A DNA stretch of 64,000 nucleotides from Candidatus Woesearchaeota archaeon. Lineage in GTDB: Archaea; Nanobdellota; Nanobdellia; Woesearchaeales; JACPIF01. The DNA lies in NCBI GenBank assembly GCA_016188215.1, contig JACPIF010000010.1, positions 43,174-107,173 of the forward strand, written 5' to 3'. This document shows positions 40,076-48,228 of this stretch, piece after piece (position 1 is the stretch's first letter; the number at the start of each line of letters is the position of its first letter). A model generated the notes under the pieces. The model saw only the letters and a program-made list of their open reading frames with translations. It was not told the origin of the DNA and did not search any database. The position numbers and the translations under genes were made by a program.

Positions 40076-41074
40076 CTATTTGAGCTTGAGCTTTAAATTC
40101 TTATCTTTTTGCTTGCTGGACTGCCTGGCCTTGCCACTTCTTCTCCAAAAGTAGACCATCAATATAATAAATGCTGCCAACAGCAGCCCGCCAAGGATAT
40201 TGCCGAGAGCAGAGCCGAACAGTTTGCGCTGCCAGTCATAGAAGAGCAATTTGCCGCCGAACATGCTGAAGGCATTGAACTTCCAGGTTCCTCTGTAAAC
40301 GTAGATGATAACTCCCATTGCGATTAAAAGCAAGCCTCCGAGCATGTTGCTTGAATTAAATGCAAACCTGCCAAGATAGATTGTCTTGCCGCGCATCCAG
40401 GGCTTGCTTCCAAGATCATAGCGGTCATATAATCCTGCTATGATGAACAATGGGACAAGAATACCTATCCCGTAAAAGAAGAATAGCAATGTTGCATAGA
40501 AGAAATTGTGCAAATAAGTTGCCATGACAAGAATTCCTACTAAGATAGGCCCTAAACAGGCGCTCCACCCAACAACAAAGAACATACCTAGAAGGTACAT
40601 GCCAAGGTAATCATGCCTGAACCTTCCGGGCTTGATGAACGAGGAAAATCCTTTGCCAAAGAACAGCATTATGCCTAAAGCAATAAGAAGCAGCCCGGAC
40701 ACCTGGGGCAATATGGATGACTCTTCCTGTAAAAAGAGAAATGATTTTCCTATATAGGCTGCAATTAAGCCGAGAGCTATAAACACTGTCATAAACCCGG
40801 CAGAAAATGCAAGCATTACCCTAAAGATATCCTTCTTTTCCTTAAAGGTAAATGCGAAGAAAGCAGGAAGTGTAGTTGCAGTGCATGGGCTCAGCAAGCT
40901 GATGAATCCTGCAAGGAAAGCTATGAGGAATGATATGTTCCTCACATTAGCTTCAGCATCCTGCTGGTTTGATGCCATGGCATTCAGCAGGCTCTGCGGC
41001 AGCTGCTGGGGATATGCAATCGGTATAAATAATAAGACAAGAAATAAAAAAATAACTATATTTTTGGTTTTCAT
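40076..41074 (-). CDS. DsbD/CcdA-family transmembrane disulfide electron transporter (extended)
   Basis: A signal peptide is followed by LSPCTATTLPAFFAF and a second conserved Cys (WSACLGPILVG). Confidence 0.7.
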   Translation of the reverse strand: MKTKNIVIFLFLVLLFIPIAYPQQLPQSLLNAMASNQQDAEANVRNISFLIAFLAGFISLLSPCTATTLPAFFAFTFKEKKDIFRVMLAFSAGFMTVFIALGLIAAYIGKSFLFLQEESSILPQVSGLLLIALGIMLFFGKGFSSFIKPGRFRHDYLGMYLLGMFFVVGWSACLGPILVGILVMATYLHNFFYATLLFFFYGIGILVPLFIIAGLYDRYDLGSKPWMRGKTIYLGRFAFNSSNMLGGLLLIAMGVIIYVYRGTWKFNAFSMFGGKLLFYDWQRKLFGSALGNILGGLLLAAFIILMVYFWRRSGKARQSSKQKDKNLKLKLK

Positions 41075-41075
41075 A

Positions 41076-41498
41076 CTACCTGACGATAATGCTGCCTTTC
41101 ATGTCACTATGGCCTGAGCCGCAGAAAACAGTGCATATCATGCCTGGATTGAATGTTCCTGTCTTGTCTGCAACAAATTCAATAGTCTGGGTCTCGTTAG
41201 GCGGCAGCCTGACGCTCTCCACGCCGAAATCAGGCAGTGCCATGCCGTGGGTTACATCAATGCTTGTCACTTTCAGCCTTACCCTGTCCCCTTTATTGAC
41301 TTCAATAGTACTGGGAATAAATTCCCATCTCTTTGCAGTAATCTCAAATTCCTTGACGGGAATTGTCACGCTATTTCCAGTATTATCTCCGGTATTATCT
41401 CCAGTATCCTCTTCAGTATCAGTTCCCTGAACTATTGGCTGAGTCTGCGTGCAGCCTGCTAAAAGCAGGAGAGCGATCAATATAAGATATTTTTTCAT
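41076..41498 (-). CDS. cupredoxin-domain lipoprotein with CuA-like C-x3-C-x3-H-x2-M motif
   Basis: The lipobox is LAGCTQT. The motif EFITAKRWEFIPSTIEVNKGDRV..THGMALPDFG..GMICTVFCGSGHSDMKG has COX2/NosZ-like CuA ligand spacing. Confidence 0.6.
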   Translation of the reverse strand: MKKYLILIALLLLAGCTQTQPIVQGTDTEEDTGDNTGDNTGNSVTIPVKEFEITAKRWEFIPSTIEVNKGDRVRLKVTSIDVTHGMALPDFGVESVRLPPNETQTIEFVADKTGTFNPGMICTVFCGSGHSDMKGSIIVR

Positions 41499-41528
41499 GT
41501 AGACCTCTGAAAAGCTATTTCTCTGAAA

Positions 41529-42767
41529 CTATTGAGCCTGCGGCTGCGGCTCAACAACCTTATTGCTCTTTAGATCCTTATAAGTGCCCAGCGCTTCAGT
41601 AAACCTGAACACATAAACAGCCTCACCAGTGGCTGTATCGTTAGTTGCGGTGCCGACCTCTTTCCATAGTTCCACCACCTGCGGATAGGCTTCCAAATCA
41701 TTGGAAAGGAAAATTGTAGGAACCTTTGTTATATTATAATTCTGCAGGAATCTTTTGCCTTCATTTGATGAGATATCATATGTGTGCTCATCCCCTGTTG
41801 TGACCCCTAAGCTAGCCAATATCTGCTTGTGAAGGGCAGCATCATAGCATGCAGTGCAGCTTTTGTCAGTGATATAGGTTATATCAACCAACCCCACAAT
41901 ATCTTTTTTCTGCAGGTCATAGTAAGGCATGGCGACTTCCCGTAATATATATGAGCCGTCTGCTTCATGCGTTCCTACTGCAGCCCAGTTCTGCTGTACA
42001 GCCTCATAATCGCCAATGCTGTCGCTGAACACCAATGCAGGCAATTTCTTTATGCTATACTTGCTGAGCAGCTGCTGCCCTTCCTTTGAAGAGGCTTCAT
42101 ATTTTTTTTCATCATTGATATAAACGCCGGCTGCCTTAGCCTGCACCAGGAATTCATTCAGGTCAGTGCAGTTTCTGCAACCATCCTTAAATATAAGGAC
42201 AGCACTTACCACACCTTTCAGGCTGCCTGTCTTCAAGTCAATGTACGGCGCAGGGGTTGCAAGGACATAAGCATCATCCCTTTTCTCAAGCTGCTGTGCC
42301 AGGCCGCTCTTTTCAACCTCGCCGGTTACTATCAACGCAGGGATACGCTCAATGCTATATTGTGCTATAAGCTCCCGGGCCTGCGCATCGTTTCTCTCAT
42401 AAACTGTTTCTTTTGTTACAGTAACCTTGCCTTCCTTGAGCAATTCTACAAGCCTTTCAAGCGCAACGCAGTTTGTGCAGCTGCTGTCTTTAATAGTGAC
42501 AAACTGGAGCTGCGCCGGCTTTGACTGCTCCTCAGCCTGTGCAACTGTATTTTTTATCTGGCCCTGCAATATAAACAGGATTATCACATTGACAATCAAT
42601 ATGGCTGCAAGCCCTATAAGAAGGACGTTTCTCCAGTTTTCCCAGTCAAACTGCTTATCCCTAGCCATTGGCTCCAGGCGCTTTTCGTGTTTCAAACCTC
42701 CTGGTTTGAGACTAGGAACAAAGTTCCTATGCTTCATTTTATGCCCTTTCTGCTTTCCAGTATCCAT
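41529..42767 (-). CDS. membrane-anchored protein with three tandem thioredoxin-fold CxxC modules
   Basis: A TM anchor is followed by three repeats: SCTNC..RIPALIVTGE, GCRNC..KLPALVFSD and SCTACYDA..KVPTIFLSN. Confidence 0.55.
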   Translation of the reverse strand: MDTGKQKGHKMKHRNFVPSLKPGGLKHEKRLEPMARDKQFDWENWRNVLLIGLAAILIVNVIILFILQGQIKNTVAQAEEQSKPAQLQFVTIKDSSCTNCVALERLVELLKEGKVTVTKETVYERNDAQARELIAQYSIERIPALIVTGEVEKSGLAQQLEKRDDAYVLATPAPYIDLKTGSLKGVVSAVLIFKDGCRNCTDLNEFLVQAKAAGVYINDEKKYEASSKEGQQLLSKYSIKKLPALVFSDSIGDYEAVQQNWAAVGTHEADGSYILREVAMPYYDLQKKDIVGLVDITYITDKSCTACYDAALHKQILASLGVTTGDEHTYDISSNEGKRFLQNYNITKVPTIFLSNDLEAYPQVVELWKEVGTATNDTATGEAVYVFRFTEALGTYKDLKSNKVVEPQPQAQ

Positions 42768-42780
42768 CGTATCAACTCTT

Positions 42781-43281
42781 TTACACTACTTGGCTGCCTT
42801 GCCCGGCTTCTGTATCTTGATTTGCTGCCATTCCCGAGAGCGGGCATCCTGTTAGCTGTGACAGCCTATCAAAGCTTTGTACACCCTCATACCGCTCGCC
42901 ATTGATTTCCCATGTAGGGGTTTTCCTGATGCCTTGAGTTTCCTTGTAGTCCTTATAATTGACATACTTGAATGAATTGCCAAACCAGGCTGCCTGCTGT
43001 TTCGTATACTGGCACCAGCCAATTGCACCGTACATGACTGCGCCTTTATCCGTAAGGCATTTTGCAAATGCGTCATACTGCCCTGGCTTGAATTTAGCTG
43101 AGTATATTGAATATGAAAGCCCGCCGAAGATCAATACAATGATGACAGCAGCACTAATGAAATAAAGCCTTGTTTTCCGGCTTTTTTCACCCTGAAATCT
43201 TGCCAGGTCAGCCTCATGCTGCTTTCTGAGCGCTTCTGCCTGCTCCCTGTGCCTTTGCTGCGCTAGCTTAGAACTATCCAT
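42781..43281 (-). CDS. membrane-anchored VKOR-associated-type thioredoxin-like domain with CxxT in place of CxxC
   Basis: VMYGAIGWCQYTKQQAAWFGNSFKYVNY..TPTWEINGERYEGVQSFDRL resembles the Trx domain fused to bacterial VKORs. The second Cys is Thr. Confidence 0.5.
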   Translation of the reverse strand: MDSSKLAQQRHREQAEALRKQHEADLARFQGEKSRKTRLYFISAAVIIVLIFGGLSYSIYSAKFKPGQYDAFAKCLTDKGAVMYGAIGWCQYTKQQAAWFGNSFKYVNYKDYKETQGIRKTPTWEINGERYEGVQSFDRLSQLTGCPLSGMAANQDTEAGQGSQVV

Positions 43282-43308
43282 TGTGCATGCATTTTCTTGT
43301 GCATAATA

Positions 43309-43533
43309 TTATGCAGATGGCGCTCCTGCACTGGCTGCATCAGCTGCCGCGCCTGTGTCTGCTGCAGGCGCTGCGACTCCGCATCCGCCGCCTACGGCAG
43401 CCTGCTGCCCCTGAGGCTGGCCCTGATATGCCGCATATCCTGATGGCGTCTGGTTTTTAGTGCATCCTGCCAAAAGCAGAAGAGAGATGCTTATAACCAA
43501 TGCCACAACTAAAATTCCTTTTCTCATTAGCAT
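43309..43533 (-). CDS. small Gly/Ala-rich lipoprotein
   Basis: The lipobox is LAGCTKN, with a GGGCGV motif. Confidence 0.4.
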   Translation of the reverse strand: MLMRKGILVVALVISISLLLLAGCTKNQTPSGYAAYQGQPQGQQAAVGGGCGVAAPAADTGAAADAASAGAPSA

Positions 43534-43620
43534 TACCCCCGTATTTTATTATTTCAAAATAAAATAATAAGCAAGCAAAAATAGCCTGCTATTTAAAGCT
43601 TGTTGCCCGCGTACAGTCCG

Positions 43621-43857
43621 CTAACAGCCGCCTACCATTGTCGGCAGGTTCTGGATGCTTGACGGCACATTCGGGCTGCCCTGCTGTCCGGACTGGCTTA
43701 CTGTGTTTTGGGCAGTTCCGCCTACTTTCAACTGGCCGCTTGCCAGCTTGCTTTTCAGGCCTACTAACTGAACTGCCTGCACCAAGGTTACTAATACCAG
43801 CACTACCAGCACAATCACGATTACTGTATTCTTGTTCATTTCTAAACCTCCTAACAA
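43621..43857 (-). CDS. single-TM protein ending in C-terminal MVGGC
   Basis: The protein has a TM and a Gln/Ser-rich tail, and ends ..IQNLPTMVGGC. Confidence 0.5.
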   Translation of the reverse strand: MLGGLEMNKNTVIVIVLVVLVLVTLVQAVQLVGLKSKLASGQLKVGGTAQNTVSQSGQQGSPNVPSSIQNLPTMVGGC

Positions 43858-44579
43858 CCTCCTACCATTGCCGGCAGCGCGCCTATGCTTGAGGTATCGC
43901 CTGTGCTTAGCTTGCTCAAGAGCTGCGCATCGTTTAGGCTGGATGCAGTGAGCTCCATGTCATTGCTCAGCAAGGCTGCTGCCTTTTCTACCATATTCCT
44001 GGGGTAGTATAAAGATTTCCATTTTGTCAATTCAAGCAGGATCTCATCATTTGTATATTCAGGATGCGTCTTGATGAGATATTTTGACAGGCCCATGAAT
44101 GATTGCGCATGGGAGCATCCGCACAGGTCCCTTCCATTGTTGTCAACTACTGAAGGTGCCCCGCAGCAGAACTCACAGCTGATCCTTGTGCCAATGTCAA
44201 TATACCTCTGCTTTTCATCACCAGTCAGGCTGCCTGTTGGCACTTGGCCATGGAGGCTCGCCAGCCTGTTAAGGCTATTTACTGGATCGTCATATGAGAC
44301 TCCAAGCTCAGGCCCCCACTCGGGAGTTCCAGTAGGTATCAACGCGTTGATTGCATCCTGGACATTATCGCCTGTGCGCTTCACTTCAAGGGCAAGCTCG
44401 CCGCTCGTTCCTTTAGTCATCTTGCTGCCTGAAGGGGTAAACGTCTTAGATATAGTATTTGTGCTCAAAGGGCCAGGGCTTGCAATGGTTGCAATCTGGA
44501 ACCAATTGAATAGAATCAGGAGTGCGACCGCACCAATCACGTATAAGCTGTATCTTTCAACAAATTCGTTGCTTTTCAT
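43851..44579 (-). CDS. membrane-anchored Cys-rich protein, CxxCC..CGC family, with C-terminal MVGGC
   Basis: It is a paralog of 34454-35107 and ends ..IGALPAMVGGC. Confidence 0.55.
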   Translation of the reverse strand: MKSNEFVERYSLYVIGAVALLILFNWFQIATIASPGPLSTNTISKTFTPSGSKMTKGTSGELALEVKRTGDNVQDAINALIPTGTPEWGPELGVSYDDPVNSLNRLASLHGQVPTGSLTGDEKQRYIDIGTRISCEFCCGAPSVVDNNGRDLCGCSHAQSFMGLSKYLIKTHPEYTNDEILLELTKWKSLYYPRNMVEKAAALLSNDMELTASSLNDAQLLSKLSTGDTSSIGALPAMVGGC

Positions 44580-44685
44580 GCGCCCTCAAAAATAAGATCT
44601 GAATCCCCGACGAAAGACATACTGTTACAACCTTTGTAAAACTTAAAGTATATAAAGTTTTCGCTTGATTTTTATGATTTGGCAT

Positions 44686-44733
44686 TATTCTCGTATTCTC
44701 GTATTCTCCTATTCTCCTATTCTCCTATTCTCC
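44686..44733. repeat. 8-bp microsatellite (TATTCTCS)x6 in divergent promoter
   Basis: The repeat reads tattctcg tattctcg tattctcc tattctcc tattctcc tattctcc and is followed by tatataatc. Confidence 0.8.
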
Positions 44734-44808
44734 TATATAATCATTAAAGCATATAAGGGCAATTGTTATAAATAGTATTCTTTCAATAAGAGGAAAGCGG
44801 GTGGTAGA

Positions 44809-45303
44809 ATGACCCTTATGACAGCTGAAATTGGCGAAAGAAGAGATGAAAGGCTCCTTGAAGACAGTGTAGATGCATTAATAGGACAGACAACAGGCGC
44901 CTCCTCAGATGAAAAGTTTGTAACCAGGATAATGTATGAGAATCAGCCATTTATTGATATCTTTGGAGACTCTGCTCAAGTATACATTCGCGGAACTTCA
45001 CCAAAAATGCCTGATAGGCTCAGAAGGATAGTTCAAGACAAAGAGAAAATTGAGGGTGGATCTGATGCTAATTCTGTGGTAGCCGATATTGAAAATGAGC
45101 CAGGGATAACTAAATCTATAGAGATGGTGAGGCGAATTGGGTTGCTTGGAAAAAACATAATAGATGTGTATAGGGCTTCAAGGCAAGTCCATGTCCGTGT
45201 TCCCTCCTCGCGATTGCCTGATATATTGCAGGAAGTCTTACGGTTGTACCAGCATGAGGGTTATGGCATCTCTGGTGGCGCACCATCTGCAGGGTTCTTT
45301 TAG
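44809..45303 (+). CDS. hypothetical cytoplasmic protein
   Basis: The ORF is 164 aa with no family recognised. Confidence 0.4.
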   Translation: MTLMTAEIGERRDERLLEDSVDALIGQTTGASSDEKFVTRIMYENQPFIDIFGDSAQVYIRGTSPKMPDRLRRIVQDKEKIEGGSDANSVVADIENEPGITKSIEMVRRIGLLGKNIIDVYRASRQVHVRVPSSRLPDILQEVLRLYQHEGYGISGGAPSAGFF

Positions 45304-45418
45304 ATCTAACTCAATGGAAAAACAAAGTTTTTTCATGGGATTTGAAAAAGAATTTTTCAATTTTTGAACCTTTACAAAAAGCGTAAAGTATTTATAGTTT
45401 GCAGGGAATCTGCATGGC

Positions 45419-45778
45419 ATGAGACGACTCAGGTTTGCCGGGACTAATGATTCTGTGCTGAGCCCGCTTGAAAATGATGTTCTAAAGATTCTGTGGCCTG
45501 ACAAGAGGATGAAGGTGCGCGCAATCTACGACAGGCTGAAAGGGAAGCGAAAGGTTGCCTTGTCAAGCATTGCGGTGATCCTGGACAGGCTGCATGAGCG
45601 CTCTATTGTTGAGCGGCAGATTGAGACAGGCAGAGGAGGGGTGCGCTATATATACTTCCCTAAGAAAAACAAGCAGGAATTTGAGACCGAGATCGTCGAA
45701 TCCACTGTCAATTCACTCATAAACAAGTTCGGGCAGACTGCAATCAGTTATTTCAATGAGCGGTTTTCAAAACGGTAG
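45419..45778 (+). CDS. BlaI/MecI/CopY-family winged-helix repressor
   Basis: LSPLENDVLKILWPDKRMKVRAIYDRL...ALSSIAVILDRLHERSIVERQ fits the family. Confidence 0.6.
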   Translation: MRRLRFAGTNDSVLSPLENDVLKILWPDKRMKVRAIYDRLKGKRKVALSSIAVILDRLHERSIVERQIETGRGGVRYIYFPKKNKQEFETEIVESTVNSLINKFGQTAISYFNERFSKR

Positions 45779-45817
45779 GTTTAAAAGGGCAATAAGCTTT
45801 GAAAAAGAGGGGTTACC

Positions 45818-46564
45818 ATGGATCTAACGTGCTCAAGCTGCGCATATGCGTTTTTTACTGATCCCTTAAAGATGGGATTGGTACTTGTATCTTTTACCCT
45901 AGCCATAGCTTTTTTCCTGTATCTAAGATATGCAAGGGGCATAAGCAACGGAAGGAAACTCGGCCTGATATATGCCCACATATTCTTCCTGGTCTTCCCG
46001 GTTGTGTTTTATATGCTCTTTAGGGGATGTACTACATACTTCTCAAATTGTGACCAGCTCAAACCTGTCATAGCGCTGCTGTTCCTGACCGGCCTTACAG
46101 CAGGATTGCTGGGGGCAGTAATAGCTCCATTCCTCTTTATCAGGAAGCATGCCAGGATATCAATCCCATTAAGGGAAGGGCATCTTGCTGATGTTGTCAG
46201 GAAGCACGGCGGCAGGAAAAAGGCACAGCTGTACATGCTTGATACTGCCAAGCCGCTGGCATTTTCCACGTCTCACTTCAGCCATAAGATATTTGTCTCA
46301 ATCGGGCTGGCAGACCTGCTTACAAAGAAAGAAAAGGAAGCTGTCGTGCTGCACGAGCTCGCGCATCTTCATAATAAATCCTCGCTGCTGAAAAGCTCAA
46401 CCTTCCTGCTTGGCCTGGTGTCGCCGCTTTCAAACTTCTCAAGCATACATAGTGTAACGCAGGAGGAAGAGAAGGCAGACAGGTTTGCCGCGGCGAGGCA
46501 AGGCACCTGGCGCTATGTGCGGTCTGCAAAACAGAAGATTAACGAATTCTATAGAGAATCCTGA
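45818..46564 (+). CDS. BlaR1-like M56-family membrane metalloprotease
   Basis: About 4 TM helices carry HExxH (VVLHELAHLHNK). The gene is adjacent to the BlaI-like repressor. Confidence 0.6.
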   Translation: MDLTCSSCAYAFFTDPLKMGLVLVSFTLAIAFFLYLRYARGISNGRKLGLIYAHIFFLVFPVVFYMLFRGCTTYFSNCDQLKPVIALLFLTGLTAGLLGAVIAPFLFIRKHARISIPLREGHLADVVRKHGGRKKAQLYMLDTAKPLAFSTSHFSHKIFVSIGLADLLTKKEKEAVVLHELAHLHNKSSLLKSSTFLLGLVSPLSNFSSIHSVTQEEEKADRFAAARQGTWRYVRSAKQKINEFYRES

Positions 46565-46617
46565 GTATGCCTTATAGTCTATAATTTTAAATAAAAGAGA
46601 ACTTAAAGGATCGCCTT

Positions 46618-47784
46618 ATGGTACGGATAGTAATTCTTGGAGCAGGATTCGGCGGCGTATATGCTGCGCTCCGCCTGCAAAAAGGGCTCAGGAAAGGGGA
46701 TTCATTGGTTGTAGTAAGCATCCAAAAGGATTTTGTGTTCACGCCCCTGCTTCATGAGGTCTCTGCAGGCTTCCTCAGCGCTTCAGACGTCTCTATACCA
46801 TTATCTTCACTTCTCAGGAAGTGCCAGCTGATACAGGGGGATGTCAAAAGCATTGACTTTAATAGGCAGGTTGTGGCGGCTGGCTCTAAAAAAGTTCCTT
46901 ATGATTTACTGCTCATTGCATTAGGCGCAATGCCCAATAAGAGCGTTCTATCCCATATAAATATAAAGCAGCGCAGGAAGTTCCTGCAGCTCAAGACAGT
47001 GCATGACGCCAAGGCTCTCCATAAGAGACTGGCTGATCCGCATAAGCAAAAAAGCGTCCTTGTTATCGGAGCCGGAGCAACAGGCATTGAGGCTGCAGCT
47101 GAGGCAAAAGAATTTTTCAAAGAAAATGGATTCAATGGAGCCAAAGTCTCTATTGTGCAGGACCTGCCTGATATATTTTTAGATAAGCCTGCGAGTTTCA
47201 GGAATTATATTAAAAAAAGCCTTGGAAGGCAGAATATTACTATTTTCTATGACGCCCTGCTTGCTTCCTATGCGGATGATACTGCGGTCATTCAAACGCC
47301 TGAAGGGAAAAAGAAGATTGAGGCTACAGTGCCACTATTGGCAGCAGGCGTGATTCCTGTCCCTGTCAAGACATTTCCTAAGATTACCGATGAAAAGGGA
47401 TTTTTTAATGTCAATCAATTCCTTGAAGTAAAAGGAGCAAAGAGCGTATGGGCAGTGGGAGATATCTCCTTATATCTCAATCCTGTAGACAAAAAGCCAG
47501 TCCCCATGCTTGCACAGGCCGCTAAAGATGAGGGGATATTTGCCGCAGGGAACATAGCCGCCAAGCTCAGCGGTAAGCCGCAGAAAGCCTACAAGTTCCA
47601 CAGCAAAGGTTTCCTGCTTTCACTTGGGAAGTTTGATGGTGTTGGGAATGCGTTCGGCATTCCTGTAAAGGGGTTCATTGCGTGGTGGCTGAAGCGCACT
47701 GCATATGCGATGGAAGCCCCGGGATTTTCAAATAAGCTGAGGATGTTCTGGAGATTGAGTATTGCATCGCTGTTCAAGAGGTAA
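46618..47784 (+). CDS. type II NADH dehydrogenase-like FAD-dependent oxidoreductase
   Basis: RIVILGAGFGGVYAA..FTPLLHEVSAG is the NDH-2/SQR-type Rossmann pattern. A second GxGxxG (LVIGAGATGIEAA) is present. Confidence 0.65.
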   Translation: MVRIVILGAGFGGVYAALRLQKGLRKGDSLVVVSIQKDFVFTPLLHEVSAGFLSASDVSIPLSSLLRKCQLIQGDVKSIDFNRQVVAAGSKKVPYDLLLIALGAMPNKSVLSHINIKQRRKFLQLKTVHDAKALHKRLADPHKQKSVLVIGAGATGIEAAAEAKEFFKENGFNGAKVSIVQDLPDIFLDKPASFRNYIKKSLGRQNITIFYDALLASYADDTAVIQTPEGKKKIEATVPLLAAGVIPVPVKTFPKITDEKGFFNVNQFLEVKGAKSVWAVGDISLYLNPVDKKPVPMLAQAAKDEGIFAAGNIAAKLSGKPQKAYKFHSKGFLLSLGKFDGVGNAFGIPVKGFIAWWLKRTAYAMEAPGFSNKLRMFWRLSIASLFKR

Positions 47785-47786
47785 AG

Positions 47787-48029
47787 TATTTAATTAAGTC
47801 CTTTTTTGCAAAGCCATTCAAGTGGGGCAGGATAAAAGCGAGATGCAGGAAATTTGCTGCGCTTCATTCAGTTGATGATTATTATGTCCCCCTGCAGCAT
47901 GCAGGTGTCTTAAAGAGAAGACTAAATGCAGAGCTTATAATAAAATACAACATGAGGCATTTCTCAAACTCAGACGGAATCAAAAAACTGCCTGACGGGC
48001 TGAAAGCCCTGCTGAAGATGGCAAAGTAA
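47787..48029 (+). pseudogene. 3' remnant of alpha/beta-hydrolase (YdeN/RBBP9-like serine hydrolase); no start codon
   Basis: The frame reads ..ALHSVDDYYVPLQHAGVLKRRLNAELIIKYNMRHFSNSDG..*, matching the C-terminal catalytic Asp/His region (hS.DD..VP...L...l.AEli...n.GHF). The N-terminal two thirds are absent. Confidence 0.5.
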
Positions 48030-48080
48030 ATCAAATAAAGAGTTCAACAAAAAACAATAAAAGGAAAATAAAAGAAGATT

Positions 48081-48228
48081 TTATAGCAAATCTCGTTAAT
48101 TATTGAACTCATAGGAAACTTTTGGTTTCCTTGTCCCAGAAACACAAGGTGTTTCTGTGATTTGCGAGATTTGCTAGAATAGTAAAGTGCTTATATATAA
48201 GTTCCATTATTTCTGCACTTTACTATTA
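48081..48228 (-). repeat. 149-bp repeat, copy 2 (inverted relative to 21570-21718)
   Basis: See copy 1. The last 3 nt supply the TAA stop of the DoxX gene. Confidence 0.85.
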
